Assembly (NCBI GenBank): GCA_032718475.1
Contig: JAUCBJ010000060.1
Location: forward strand, 1 to 32,287
DNA from: Nemertoderma westbladi
Taxonomy: Eukaryota > Animalia > Xenacoelomorpha
Length of the DNA stretch: 32,287 bases
Direction: 5' to 3'
Shown here in pieces: positions 1 to 12,314 of this stretch. The position numbers and the translations under genes were made by a program. The notes below the pieces were generated by a model. The model had not been told where the DNA came from, searched no databases, and saw only the letters and a program-made list of their open reading frames with translations. Positions within the stretch are counted from its first letter, which is position 1. Every line of letters begins with the position of its first letter.

Positions 1-730
1 GAAATATATTTAAATACAAAACAGGACGAACGCAACACGGCTTATAATGAAGACGAGTACTGCGCGTCCATTATATTCCTAAAACCACCTGGCTTTGCAT
101 ATTGAACGTGCGATGGTTATGTACTGGTGGGTGGGAAGGGTGGGGGGGGGGGGGGGGGGGGGGGGGTGCAGATTAAAAGGGGTGAACACGTATTGTCCCC
201 CTTTCTTGATTGATTGGCGGTATGGTTAAATTTCTCAAATACTGATTTTGTGATACAGTCGCTCAATTTTAATTTGTATCTCATAACTGGGTCTCGTCCT
301 GCGCGAAGGCCCCAAGAACGTGTATTATTAATCGTTCACACTCACGCAACTTACAATAGTACTGAAACACTAATTTGCCGACTGTCACCAATTTTACTCA
401 TATATAAGGATAAATTTAGCTCACGTACGTTGGGGACTATGAAACAGCCCTCTGCTTACCTCAATAATCAAGAAAGCCAAGGGAATTAACGGATATTCAT
501 AAATATTCTCCAAACATTGGCATTAATCAAATAGGTTACAAACACAATATATTATAACAGTGAACAGTATAAAAACAGTATGAAGGTGTCAGAAGTCAGG
601 ACGTTTGAGAGTCAGGATGTGTTGCAATATCAGAGTGTGGTTAGTATGGTATATGAGTGGATTGTATTTGCCGCATTGCGTCATCTTTATATGTCAAAGG
701 TAAATCGCTCTACGCATAAAGAAACACAGC
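1..730 (+). repeat. Diverged copy of a dispersed repeat family also present at about 21076-21860
   Basis: Collinear shared words: TGCGCGTCCATT (61 / 21208), CACTAATTTGCCGAC (368 / 21526), ATCAAGAAA..GGGAA (~468 / ~21681), TTCTCCAAA..AAACACAA..AACAGT (~506-560 / ~21717-21750). Boundaries approximate. Confidence 0.6.
142..166 (+). repeat. Poly-G tract (25 nt); similar tracts at 1430-1447 (C18) and 16936-16960 (G25)
   Basis: Read directly from the sequence. Confidence 0.9.
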
Positions 731-779
731 TAGCAAATTTCGTCATGTTAGTTCTGGATTAAGACAGACGCTAGAGGGC

Positions 780-1020
780 ATAAGTTTATACTTTCTCCAA
801 CACCTTAGAACAATGCTGGACTTTTTAGAGTAGTTCGCGAATTGCACAAAAACGACATATTTTTGCCGCAAAAGCTTTAACACAAAGTTTGGTTTAATTT
901 CATTAAGGAACGACTAAGTTATTAGCGATCAAAAATTTACGACGACGACGACGACAGACAACTGGTTAATGGTACCGTATCCCTATGCTAAGACTTCGCC
1001 CACTTCGTGGCTCGACACAC
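780..1020 (+). mobile_element. Possible end of a non-autonomous Helentron/HINE-like element
   Basis: (GAC)n microsatellite at ~939-956 followed by a short hairpin CCAC-TTC-GTGG (~1000-1010). This order is typical of HINE/DINE-1-like element ends. No other diagnostic part identified. Confidence 0.35.
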
Positions 1021-2297
1021 ATTAACTAACTAGTCAATAATTTGACAAAAGGGATTTTGTAACATTTCAAAAAGTTAAGAAGTACCTAATGAAGTAATGA
1101 AAATCTTAAATTAAGCAGTGTAACGCACGATTGGGTGACATCCCAGAGGAACTTGAGAACACACTTCAGAACATCATCCTAAATACTTTCCCTTATTTTA
1201 TACTTTCCCGCGTTTTATAAGTAAAAAATGAACAAATATGTACTACTTGAAGGAATGGTGGAGGTTTTGCTGTTCTGAAAAGTATCCTCGCCACTCGCTT
1301 CGGGGAATCTTGTTTCTAGATAGAGTTCGTTAGAACTTCGTGAGTTCGTTCCAGATAAACTCGACTTTTGTTATCGTTATTGCATAATGCATAGGCCTAC
1401 AAAGAAAAAACTTATATGGACAACCACCACCCCCCCCCCCCCCCCCCTCCCAAATCGTTATTGAATCGTCATAGAGGAATGTTATAAAAATAAATATCAC
1501 TTGCGTCGAAAATTTTAAATACAATGAGGAATTAAATAATAAATGTAACAAAACATGTAAGAAAACATTGTAGCGATTTAAGAATACAATAATTCGTAGC
1601 ATAACAAACTAACTTGACGATGTTTTTCTATGTAAAACATTTCTTTTTCTTAAGACTATAATGCAATTCATTGTGTAAAAAAAACTACCTTAGTGCCAAT
1701 TAGGAAAATACAATGTTAAAACCGTCGCACCTCTCTATAGGGTAATGTATTTAGTTTCTTGTACTGCTATTATTTGTAATTTAACATTTCGGGCACTGCT
1801 CTTTATCTGCCCCTTTTAGAATATTAATTTAAAAATAACGGTTTTTTTAAATGACATACAGGTTTATAAATTTGATAAAATAAATTGTTCAAAAAGCGAC
1901 TACCAATAAATGAAATATAATTTGTATTTCCTGCGTTCAACGTAAAATGCCCACTTCTTGCCGGAAACATTTAAAGTGTTCAAGCAGTTATTGTGGTTGA
2001 TAGATAAATTTAATACATTAGAAACAAGTATATTACATTTCTATGCATCCCATTATTGCTTGTTTATATTTGTCCATCCCTTCTAAAAAGCAGAATCAAG
2101 TTAATTCGGAATGCAGCATAACATAAAACAAACATAAAATTTGATAATGCCACAATATGTTAATATATTATACTGCACAAAAATTGCTGATAAATTTATG
2201 AACAACAACTAAAAATTAATACATGATTACTAAAAACGTCTATATCAGACAGTTTATACAATATACAAAATAAATAGTGATACGTCAATAACAGCTG

Positions 2298-5200
2298 TTA
2301 ATTGTTGTTGTGACAACGCTTTAAATATATCCTACACTCTTTGACACCTGATGTAAAGTTTGTATGCCCATCACCATCCTCAAGCGACTCCAGATGAGCG
2401 GTGGCTTTGTTACTTACTGGTTCAATTGTGCTCCCTGATTCAACAGGACTCACTGGATCAAATGGACTCACAGGTTCATATGGACCTACTGGATCATATG
2501 GACTCACCGGTTCAACCGTTATAACCGATTCAGCCGTACTCACTGGTTCAACCGCACTCACTGGTTCAACCGCACTCACTGGTTCAACCGCACTCACTGG
2601 TTCAACCGCACTCACTGGTTCAAACGTGCCTACCGGTTCAACAGCGCTCACTGGTTCAAACGTGCCTACCGGTTCAATTGCTCTCACTGGTTCAACAGCG
2701 GTCACTGGTTCAACCGCGCTCACTGGTTCAAACGTGCCCACCGGTTCAACCGAGCCCACTGATTCAACCGCGCTCAATGGTTCAACCGTACTCACTGGTT
2801 CAACCGCGCTCACTGGATCAACCGCGCTCATTGGTTCAACCGCGCTCACTGGATCAACCGCGCTCACTGGATCAACCGCACTCACTGGTTCAACCGTACT
2901 CACTGGTTCAAACGTCCCTACCGGTTCAATCATACTCACTGGTTCAACCATACTCACTGGTTCAACCGTACTCACTGGTTCAACCGTTCTCACTGGTTCA
3001 ACCGTACTCACTGGTTCAACCGCACTCACTGGTTGAACATTACTCACTGGTTCAACCGTTCTCACTGGTTCAACCGTACTCACTGGCTCAAACGCACTCA
3101 CTGGTTGAACATTACTCACTGGTTCAGCCGTTCTCAGTGGTTCAACCGTACTCACTGGCTCAAACGCACTCACTGGTTGAACATTACTCACTGGTTCAAC
3201 CGTTCTCACTGGTTCAACCGTACTCACTGGCTCAAACGCACTCACTGGTTGAACATTGCTCACTGGTTCAAACGCGCTCACTCCTTTAATGGCGCTCGTC
3301 ATGCTCATTGGTGCAACCATGTGAAAAACATCTGAAATGCCTTCGCTAGAAGAATGGTGGGAAATTGAATTACCATGATCAAATTGTGTAGAGTCTGGTG
3401 GACAATCAGAGACCGCAGCACCGCAAGAGATTGCTTCATGATTGGTTGGCGCTGAGCTCCCAGTGGTTCCGCTGCAGACACTAGTGAGCTCACTATCGTT
3501 GGTTGGTGTCGGGGTAATTAATTGTCCAGATTCCGAAGCCTTCATTGCTATGGCCCCATTATTTATATCTAATTTAATTGCGTCGCCACTGGTGTAACGA
3601 TACATACTCGATATTCGATCGGCATCATTTTGAAACCTTTCCGAATCGAAAACAAAACCTAAACCGCGGTCCGGTCCTTTATTGCTACACTCAGGAGGAT
3701 TTGCGTCTAGTATTGCACTGCGGGTGTCACTAACATCTAAACAATCCTTGTGTGTTTCTATTGGTTGTTGATTTACTAATAAACATCCTCTATTATCGTC
3801 CAATAACCTCCTCTCTAATTGGTTGGTTGTATCCACCAAACTGCTTTCAAGATGCACGTTGACATCCAACAATGCTGAGTCACCGGTAGACATCGCCACA
3901 GTACACATCTCAGTCTTAATTTCTGTCAGTTTTGGAGATGTTTTTAATTTGTACTCCTTTCCTTTCGCATTCTTTTGCTTTTTCTTTTCGTTGCCTTTAT
4001 TGCCGTCAACCAAATGTTTCAGACCTCCGGGTAGGGAGTTTAATTCTCCTTTATCATCATTCAACAAATCTTGGGACGGCCGGTTATCAGCTGTTGTTTC
4101 GACTTTCGCAGTAGTTTTCTTCTTCTTGACCTTATCCTGCTTCGATGATGAATTCGAATTAGTTTCGCTCGACCTCTTTAACTTTCCTTTCGCATTCTTA
4201 TCTTTAGGGTTTAGGTTATGTTGTGTTTCGGCCTCACTAACAATATTCACGTAATCGCCATAAACCCCTTGACCATAATCTCGGTTTACTCCGTTACTTA
4301 CTTCACCGGACGCAATTCGACCACCACCGACTAAATACGAATCAGAAAACTGATCAGTTGGATCCGACGGAGGCAAACTGGAGCAAGTCAACAGATCGGA
4401 GGTCTTCGGTAGGATGTCAACGAAATCGGGTTTATTAACCGGCGTGGACGCGTTCATAGCGAAGTCTAAATGTTCCTGTTTGACAGACAACAGATTGGTG
4501 TAGGTCGGTTGAGGGAAGGCAACTGATTGCTCAGTACTAGAACTAGTGGTGTAAACGATGAAATTATTATCTACAGATACTTTAAAGCTATGACTGTCTA
4601 CCACAGAGGTGATCGCATTTTGGTTATCTAGTTTGCTTAGGACATCGTTTAGTTCGTGCATAAAATCGTCGCACTGAACGCGATCGTTGCTCGTTACGGA
4701 GATGTTGTCCCGAGCGAATAGCGATTCATCTAGAACCGCGGGCGACATCTCGCCTGCGTGCGCCAACACGTCGTGCAGGGTGTCTTGCAACGCGGTTTGC
4801 AGGATATCCGCGCCAACCGGTTTCTTCGCTTTCTTCGGGGATTTCTTCTTTAGTGTTTTTACTTTAGATTTGCTGAGTTGCGCGTCTACGTTGGCTATAC
4901 TATTGGATTGCTGCACCAAGGGGCCTAGCGAGTCTAAGTTAACCGTATCGAAGTTAATATTCCCATCCGCCAACTCGCTAGACGAGGCCGTCTGCGGATT
5001 TAGCGTCTGGGATTGCTGCGCGGCTTTTAGGGCGAGGAGTTTCGCCTTCTTGGCGGCCTTGTACTCGGGTCTCTTGGACGGCGGGCGATAGCCCGGTCGT
5101 TTGGAGGGCGGCTTGTACCCGGGCTCCCTCGGGTTCAGGCTGTACGGCTGATTCTGCGTTCTCATCTTCGGGGATGGTTCTTTCTTTTTGGGCCGCGGCG

Positions 5201-5542
5201 ACGGAATGTGTTTGGTCGGCGTTGATAGCCCCTTGGGGAGGATGACGCGGTGGGGGCCGGCGGTCGACGTGTTGGTCAGGAGAATCGGGTCGCCCTGGGC
5301 GTTGTAACTCACCGACGGTAGTTGGTAGATTATAGGCGTCGGCGCCGGCACAATGGTTAACATCTGCGGCTGTATATTTTTGGCGATATTGGCCATGGGT
5401 TGAGGCGGCGCAGGTGGCGGCGCAGGAACGGAGGCTGCGGAGGTGGAGCCGTAGTTCGCCGCTATCTGTTTATGGACCATGTAGAGATCCAAGTTATTAA
5501 ATATTTTGCCGCAATTCCCGCAAAGATACATATCTTGGTCAC
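2298..5542 (-). CDS. Coding exon 2 of a 1243-aa, mostly disordered protein with a single ZFP64/ZNF341-like N-terminal zinc motif, basic Lys/Pro-rich segments and a C-terminal (EPVSAV)n repeat
   Basis: 3.2-kb uninterrupted ORF. Acceptor ttttctAG|GT-GAC-CAA-GAT-ATG at 5543/5542 is phase-compatible with the donor at 6532. DQDMYLCGNCGKIFNNLDLYMVHKQ resembles, from memory, the ZFP64-type D.HICG.CK.QFNNLDAFVAHKQ motif. Confidence 0.8.
2410..3280 (-). repeat. Coding 18-bp tandem repeat (about 47 units of 6 aa, EPVSAV-like) with a 72-bp higher-order repeat
   Basis: Plus-strand unit ACTCACTGGTTCAACCGC. The 24-aa unit EPVSNVQPVSAFEPVSTVEPVRTV repeats about 4 times around 2980-3270. Confidence 0.92.
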
Positions 5543-6149
5543 CTAGAAAAATAATAGATAAATAAACTTGTAAATTTAATAATCATAAAATAACTTGCGC
5601 TTTTACGCTTTACTTTTACATCGTAAAATGTATGTATGTATATGATTACCGGTATAATATATTATAATTATATTCAATATATATACCCGGTAGGCCTATA
5701 TTACAGTTTATATTTAGGTTAAATCGAAAAACGACCTAACATTCGTCCATAAGACATAAGATACATGAAATATAATATTATTATTCATTAATAATTATTA
5801 TTATAAAGGAGTGCTGTAGAGGCATCTTTGTATAACTAAAATATGCTACATACGACCAGCATTCTTGATTTTATAATATTTCCCCATTTTATTAATGAAA
5901 AGTTAGACTTTTTGTAAAAGATTTTTTTTTTACAAAATTGCCAATTATCAGAAATAGAAAATGAAAATACAAAAAGTGGTCGAAAAATATGATGAAAATG
6001 ATCATGCTGAATTCAAAAAATGTTTAGTTCATTCTCTTTTTGACGGTATATCGTTTTCAATGCATTTTTCAACCACATTGGAGATATAAACAAATTAAAA
6101 AAAAACACCAAAAAAAATTTAAAACAAATTAAAAAAAAAACACCAAAAA

Positions 6150-6526
6150 AACACACAGGTACTGAGGTAGCATCACACAGAACAAACACACAGGCAGCAC
6201 ACAGACTAAACACACAGACCAAACACACAGGTAGCACACCGACCAAATACACAGGCAGCAGCACACAGACCTAACACACAGGTAGCAGCACACATACCAA
6301 ATAATACACAGGTGACCATTGACCAAACACACAGGCAGCAGCAGTAGCACACAGACCAAACACACAGGTAGCACACCGACCAAACACACAGGCAGCAGCA
6401 CACAGACCTATCATACAGGTAGCAGCACACATACCAAATAATACACAGGTGACCATTGACCAAACACACAGGCAGCAGCAGTAGCACACAAACAGCAGCA
6501 CACAGACCAAACACACAGGCAGCACA
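6150..6526. repeat. Intronic CA-rich compound minisatellite
   Basis: Subunits GCAGCACACAGACCAAACACACAG, plus a longer block ACATACCAAATAATACACAGGTGACCATTGACC present twice (~6292, ~6428). The array abuts the splice donor. Confidence 0.85.
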
Positions 6527-6532
6527 ACTTAC

Positions 6533-7019
6533 TTAAACAACATGTAGTTTGTTGCGGTTTCGATTGACTCTGAGCCGAATAGGCGATACCTTCCGTCGTC
6601 GAGTCTGGTTCCATAGTGGCAGCCGGACTGGGAATCTGCATAGCGCCATCTGGCGGCGGAATGACGCTCCCATTCCAAGCCGGATTGACGCCAGGCTGGG
6701 GGTTGGCGATCGGAGTTGCATTCTGATGTAGATTGGTGCCCGTAGAGAAGGCGTTGCCATGGAGAACAGCTGTACCATTGAAATCGGGTTGGTTATCCTC
6801 GAAATTTTGGTAGACCATAGACAATTGGTCGACGATATGGTTAGTTACATTGTTACTACTGGCCGTGTGTTCTGCGTTCAATGAAACAGACGCGTCGGCT
6901 TGCCACGTTACACAGTCTGAGGTCGGTAGAAACAGCTGATTAACCTTAGTGGTGTTATTGTCCGATTTCGGCGTTGCATCAGTACCAGTGTTACAATAAG
7001 TTGATTCAAGGTTCTCCAT
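6533..7019 (-). CDS. Coding exon 1 (162 codons + 1 nt) of the same gene
   Basis: ORF MENLESTYCN...QQTTCCL ends at a consensus donor A|GTAAGT (6532). The phase-1 join to 5542 gives Ser-Asp-Gln-Asp-Met in frame. An in-frame stop lies just upstream of the ATG, and a candidate 5'UTR acceptor TATAG| is at 7041. Confidence 0.75.
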
Positions 7020-7323
7020 AACAATTTAAGGACTAGGGGCCTATATGTAATGTCAAATAGGCCTAGGCCATATAGGCATTTCAAATTTTGCTGCAAAAGT
7101 ACCGGTAGCGTAATACAGCAATAAAGAATAATAAAGTAATTAAGTAAAATAAAATGCAATAAAGTAATAATAATTTCCTGAACTAGAAAATTATTATATA
7201 CTGATATATGTACAGATGTAGGTTGGGATGTACTTGTACTACTACTAGTACAGGTAGTACTATCGACTCGGCATGCATTGCCAGATTGCAGCTGTATTAT
7301 ATATTATTGCAATTACGTATATA

Positions 7324-8314
7324 CACCATGCTGCCAAGCACCAGTGGAAGGGGTGCAACATGAACCGTAATATAGTGTCATTTTCTGATAACACGGACAA
7401 ATCTTTACCATATTGCTTGAAATTTGTAACACAACTTGTTCCACTCACCGTCGTTGACCACATGTAGCAATGAAGCCGGAATTTTCAATTTCGGATACAG
7501 GACCGAACGTAATCAGGATCGAATGTAACATAGATATTACGTATCGAACGTAACCGCAATTATGTTACATTCGATCTACAAATTACTAAGCTCGAATGTA
7601 ACATTGCTATTTACAGATTTAAAGGAGCAGGTTACAGAGGCGTGTTGGGGGAACCAAAACAATAAACGAAAGTTAACACATGTTACAAGATTATGCAGGT
7701 GACTTTTATTTAAAGGCTGAAAGGAGCAGGTTACAGAGGCGTGTTGGGGGAACCAAAACAATAAACGAAAGTTAACACATGTTACAAGATTATGCATGCA
7801 GGTTACTTAATTGGGTCTTTGTTTTGTATTCACCAACACCAAACTGTTTCTTCCTGTAAATAAACGAAGCATTTCATCGGTTAACTCCTGAAATCAAAAC
7901 ACAACTGAAATAAATGTATGTTACATTCGAGCTTAGTAATTTGTAGATCGAATGTAACATATTTATAGGATCCAATGTTACATAATTGAAGTTATGTTCG
8001 ATTCGTAAAAACTATGTTACATTCGATCCTGATTACGTTCGGTCTGTCACCCTTCAATTTCGCCTTAAATTTTTTTTAATAAGCGTTTTACGACTAATGT
8101 GAAGAATGTCCACGATACGGAGGGTACGATTTCGCAAAAGACACTTTTTTAAAACGCTTATTAAAAAAATTTAAAGGCGAAGTCGAAAATTCCGGCTTCA
8201 TGGGGTTAACGACGGTGAGTGGAACTAGTTGTCTTTCAAATTTCAAGCAATATTGTAAAGAATTGTAGAAAAATCGTGTCATCAGAAAATTACACTATAT
8301 TACGGGTCATGGTG
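7324..8314. mobile_element. Long-TIR MITE with TA target duplication (Tc1/mariner-type), interrupted by a second MITE
   Basis: TA|CACCATG...CATGGTG|TA. The left arm (7324-7492 + 8062-8089) is the imperfect reverse complement of the right arm (~8151-8314). Confidence 0.8.
7493..8052. mobile_element. 560-bp MITE with long TIRs and 9-bp TSD (Mutator-like)
   Basis: TTCAATTTC is duplicated at 7484-7492 and 8053-8061. Ends GGATACAGGACCGAACGTAATCAGGATCGAATGTAACAT / ATGTTACATTCGATCCTGATTACGTTCGGTCTGTCACCC. Inverted arms ~110 bp; internal ~100-bp tandem duplication (7621, 7720). Confidence 0.85.
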
Positions 8315-8464
8315 TATTAAGAATGCTGTTGCAGCATTTTTTTTGAATAAAATAATGCCGGATTAAATAACAATATTGCGCAGGCACAACTCCATATAAC
8401 CCCATGAGCCATGACATTTGCTAGATCATTCACATCTTCAAGAAGGCCAGTGTCCATTAAAACA

Positions 8465-8764
8465 GTCTGCAGGTCTGGGCGTGCGAAAATTAGAAAAACC
8501 AAAAGTTCTTAGATTTTGCAATAAACATTGCTGTATGTGGCAAATGTTGAGGCTGCCAGATTTGGCCATTGTCAGATTGTACCTAACTGTCTGACTGTAC
8601 GTGGTGGCGGTCAGGCCCCAGGCGCCAGGCGGTACCTAATTGCTAATTCTCAGACCAGCAGATTCTATACTGCTGAACTGCCTCCTGCCAGGCAGCCAGG
8701 GCCAGCCTAGCTTGCCCTGCTGCCCTGCCTACAATCTGACAATTCCTAGTCCTTACCTGCTTAC
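8465..8764. other. Cluster of [5-mer]-CAG/CTG-[5-mer] motifs (putative transposon excision footprints)
   Basis: GTCTG-CAG-GTCTG 8465, ATTGT-CAG-ATTGT 8568, ACTGT-CTG-ACTGT 8586, CCAGG-CAG-CCAGG 8688, CCCTG-CTG-CCCTG 8715, ACAAT-CTG-ACAAT 8731, CTTAC-CTG-CTTAC 8752. Confidence 0.75.
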
Positions 8765-9581
8765 AGCACAGCCCTACAGCGACAGCTTGGGTAACATAGG
8801 GCTCGACGAACCGAATTCTTAGTTTTTGACGCTCCCATTTTATGTTATGGGATTTTTATATTTAAATAAATGCTATTTGTACAAATGATACCTTGTCTAG
8901 CGATTGAAATCGGTTTTATCGCTCAGATCGCCCAACTATTGAGTGAGCTGGGCGATTTTTTTTTAACTTCTCATGTGGTTCGTTTCACCCCAGTAGTGGG
9001 GTGAAATGAACCATGATAAATATGCACATCCATAGGTAGGTTCTAATTAACCAGGATAATATGTTTATTGGGGTGAAACGAACCATAATAACTGTTTTAA
9101 GAAAGAGCCCAACAAAAACTGGCCCCAATGAGATCCCTGGAATATTCATAGTGAATGTGTTAGGCTGTTTTAAAAATCACTTATCGGCAATTTTGCAGCA
9201 GCATAATTATGTTCTCTAAAAACAGGTCAAGGAATGACATTATGCACGGTCAGTTTTTGTTGCGCTTTTTTTTACGCTTAATAGGCTAACAAAAATATAA
9301 TTGACATATTGACAACAAAGCAAATTTACAAAGCTTAGGTTGGCGGTGTAGTCATTTTACACAATTAGAAATATAAACTTTTAAAATGCAGAAAAGCAGA
9401 AGCACAAAATTAGTGAAAGCACAAAATGCTTCAAATTAATAATTACCTAGGTAATTAAGATTAAGGACAGATCGAGACGAGACTAAGGCAATGATTACAA
9501 AAATATAACTGAAGTTCATATGCGTATTTTAATTTTATAGCCTACATTCTTTTTACAGTCACAAATAGCTAGTTAATACTG

Positions 9582-11657
9582 TTACTTATTGCAGTCACAA
9601 ATTTCTGTAGCCGACAATGGAGGTTGCTTGTACATAATTATACAATCTTTGTGGAACCAGCGTCCACACACTTCACAATCCTCGCACTCGTCAACCTCCT
9701 TGAAAATTGCTGGTCCATTAAATTGGCCACATAAATGACTGTTGTTCTCAGTGTGCTCAATATCACCATGACTTGATTCACTATCATTCCTCTGTAGATT
9801 CTTGCGATTTTCTCTTAGCCGTCTAATCGCTGTCACCGTGACAGTTCCATCACAATCTCCACCATTTTCCTCATCACTCGACGAAGAAACCACTATTCTC
9901 CTCTGTTTCCTAGGCTTTGGTTTGGGCTTGTGCTTTATCTTCTCCTTTCTCTCCTGCTGCTTTCTTGCTTTCTCCTCTTGTAGGGTTTGAGCCTCTCTAA
10001 GACGCCGTATAGCCTCATCAGATGTTACTGATTTCCCACCAAAGCTCCGTTTCACACCTTGCCTTCTAGTAGGCCCCCTTGAGCTGGACTTTGACATCAT
10101 CAAATGTTGTTTAACAATTGCAGTGATTGCACGTGTAGAGGGCGTTTCTAGTGAGTTCAGAGAAGAATGATTGTGACCACTTGGTGACATATTCGTAGGT
10201 GCAGGCGTTGTAACCGAGCTGGTAATGTTAATATCAATATCAGCTAGTGGTGAATCGAGACTTTCATTGAATTCGGTAGAACATGGTGGTTCGGGAAAAG
10301 CTGAAGTAGAAGGATGGTTCTCTAATATTGAAGTAGAATGCTGGTCAGGCTCAGAGTGGCCATTGGTCCCAGTAGTAATGATTTCCAGGGTAATTGTTTC
10401 CTCTGGCTGATGTTGCGAAGGTGAAACTAAGTCATCGGTAAGTCATCAATAAGTCATTAATTTATCGGTTGCAATGGCGCTGGGGTCAAATGGAAATATG
10501 CCTGTCTTTGAAAAGGTACTGGTGACGTCTTTTGGCTTGAATGCCCTTTTCTTTAGCAACTTTGGAAAGGTAAATTTATCGACTTTCCTTAGTCGGGATT
10601 CTCGATAGTAGGTTTGGATGATCTCTGCCCAGAGAGATTTTGCTTGCCTAAATATTCCAACGTCTATGGGCTGGAGGAGATGAGTACAGTTAGCAGGAAG
10701 GCAAAGAATGGTTATGTCATTTTCTACGGCATGTACACTCGTCTCTAGCGATATGTGACTAAGATGCCAATCGTAGATTAGTAACACTGGACGAGGGACT
10801 TTTTCTCTATCAAGCCAAATAACCAAATGCATCATGTACTCACTGAATTTGGTGCTGTCCATCCAGCCATTCTGTGTCATGCCATATAGGCCATCGTTGG
10901 GGCCACCCACTGTCCAATCTGAGCAGAGATTATTTCCTTCAAATATAATAAAAGGTGGATAAGTCTTCCCGCTGGCGGAACACGTAGCAAGAACTGTAGG
11001 CCTATACCATATACTGATCTTTCCCAGATCCCGGTATTAATTGAGCAGAGTTTTTCTCACCCCACTTGCAGAGATTTCTTTCCATTTTGACTCGTCATAA
11101 ATCCGGTTTCATCGTAGTTGAGAAGTTGTGCTGGCCTATCTATAATCCCGAGTTCTATCAGGGTTTAAAATTGGATAGAAAACCAAGCATCCACAACAAC
11201 TTTGTTGCAGGACAACGCACGATTTAATGCTGTAATGTTAGCATTTCCGGTGTACGCTCTGAGAATATAGGCCACCGCATTCGAAAACCCTTGTACCACT
11301 CATCTCCAGGACGGCCATTCTTGAAGCGGTCTTTCTTGTCTATCTTTTCCAAATACTGCTCGGTTAAATTAATAAGTTCATTTTTGTCCAATGGGAAACC
11401 AAACTTTGCAAAAGCTATTACCATTTTGACTAGGTAGGATTCCTCCTTTTCAGAAAGAATGGGTTTTGCTCCTCTTCCAAACTTTGAAATCTCGAGAGAG
11501 CAGTGTCGAGCAATAGTCAGATAGTGCCTCGGGGAACTTTGAAATGCTTTGCCGCTTCTCTTTGAGACATTTCCTTTGAATTTCCAGCTTGAATTGCCAG
11601 TTTTAGTTTATCGACTTCATAAGTAGTTGCCGTCTTTTGTTTGTATTTGCGAACCAT
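9582..11657 (-). pseudogene. Frameshifted pogo/Fot-like transposase (HTH_psq, CENP-B-type HTH, DDE_1, C-terminal PHD-like finger)
   Basis: MVRKYKQK...SQREAAKHFKVPRGTI; RFKNGRPGDEWYKGFRMRWP. Catalytic motifs LLNYDETG, LLIYDWHLSH and HLLQPIDVGIF, with 35 residues between the 2nd and 3rd Asp. C-terminal CEVCGRWFHKDC. Several frameshifts and stops. Confidence 0.9.
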
Positions 11658-12314
11658 ATTACAGTATTAAGGTAATTTTAAGCGAATCACAGTTATAGTT
11701 AGACACAAATAAACAAAGGAACAATCTTTATACCATTATATAAACGGTAAAAAGGTGAATAAATAAGCCTGTAAGTCCAACCAGTCCTACACACTATGTT
11801 GATTGGTTCGTATTGACCCATAGACTATAAGAAGTAGGGCTGTAGGGGGTAAATTGAACCAAAGATAAAGTTTCTATAAAAATACTAAATATGTAGCTAC
11901 GTTGAAAAATGATGTTCCATAAGGAATCTACAACTATAGGCCTACCTGTACTGTATATAGATATTGGTCTGTTGTTAGACAGTTCTGCAGTTAGAGGACT
12001 TAAGATTAGATCAAATCTTATTACTTGGAGTTCAGTGGAAACTCTAACTTACTTGGTCCAAACATAATCAATAATAACTGATAGCCTATTTTTAATAGTT
12101 TTTTAAAACTCCAGTCAGTAGGGTTCCCTATCCCGATGGGGATATATGAATATATCCCGATCGGGATATTTACATATCCCGATCGGGATATATTCAACCT
12201 TTCCAAAAAGCGACCTAAACTATCAGACTATAAAAAAGCGACCCAAATGGCGCCATCCAGCAGATATATCAGAAAAAATGGGTTATATTCGTTTGTGCCC
12301 CGCAAAGTGGTGTT

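Noticed and set aside
2401-3335. Plus-strand (TGSTAL)n, (SLVQP)n and (THWFNR)n ORFs; the first superficially resembles ice-nucleation or antifreeze repeats
   Set aside because: They are antisense shadows of the 18-bp coding repeat and end with it; the minus frame is continuous with a 3.2-kb ORF.
3823-5091. Plus-strand ORFs 3823-4254 and 4687-5091, and the other short (<110 aa) ORFs in the track
   Set aside because: They are antisense to the long CDS or lie within repeats, and show no recognisable motifs.
6013-6532. Cys/Val-rich ORFs and the Cys-rich tail of ORF 6411-7019
   Set aside because: They are translations of the intronic CA-rich minisatellite beyond the GTAAGT donor at 6532.
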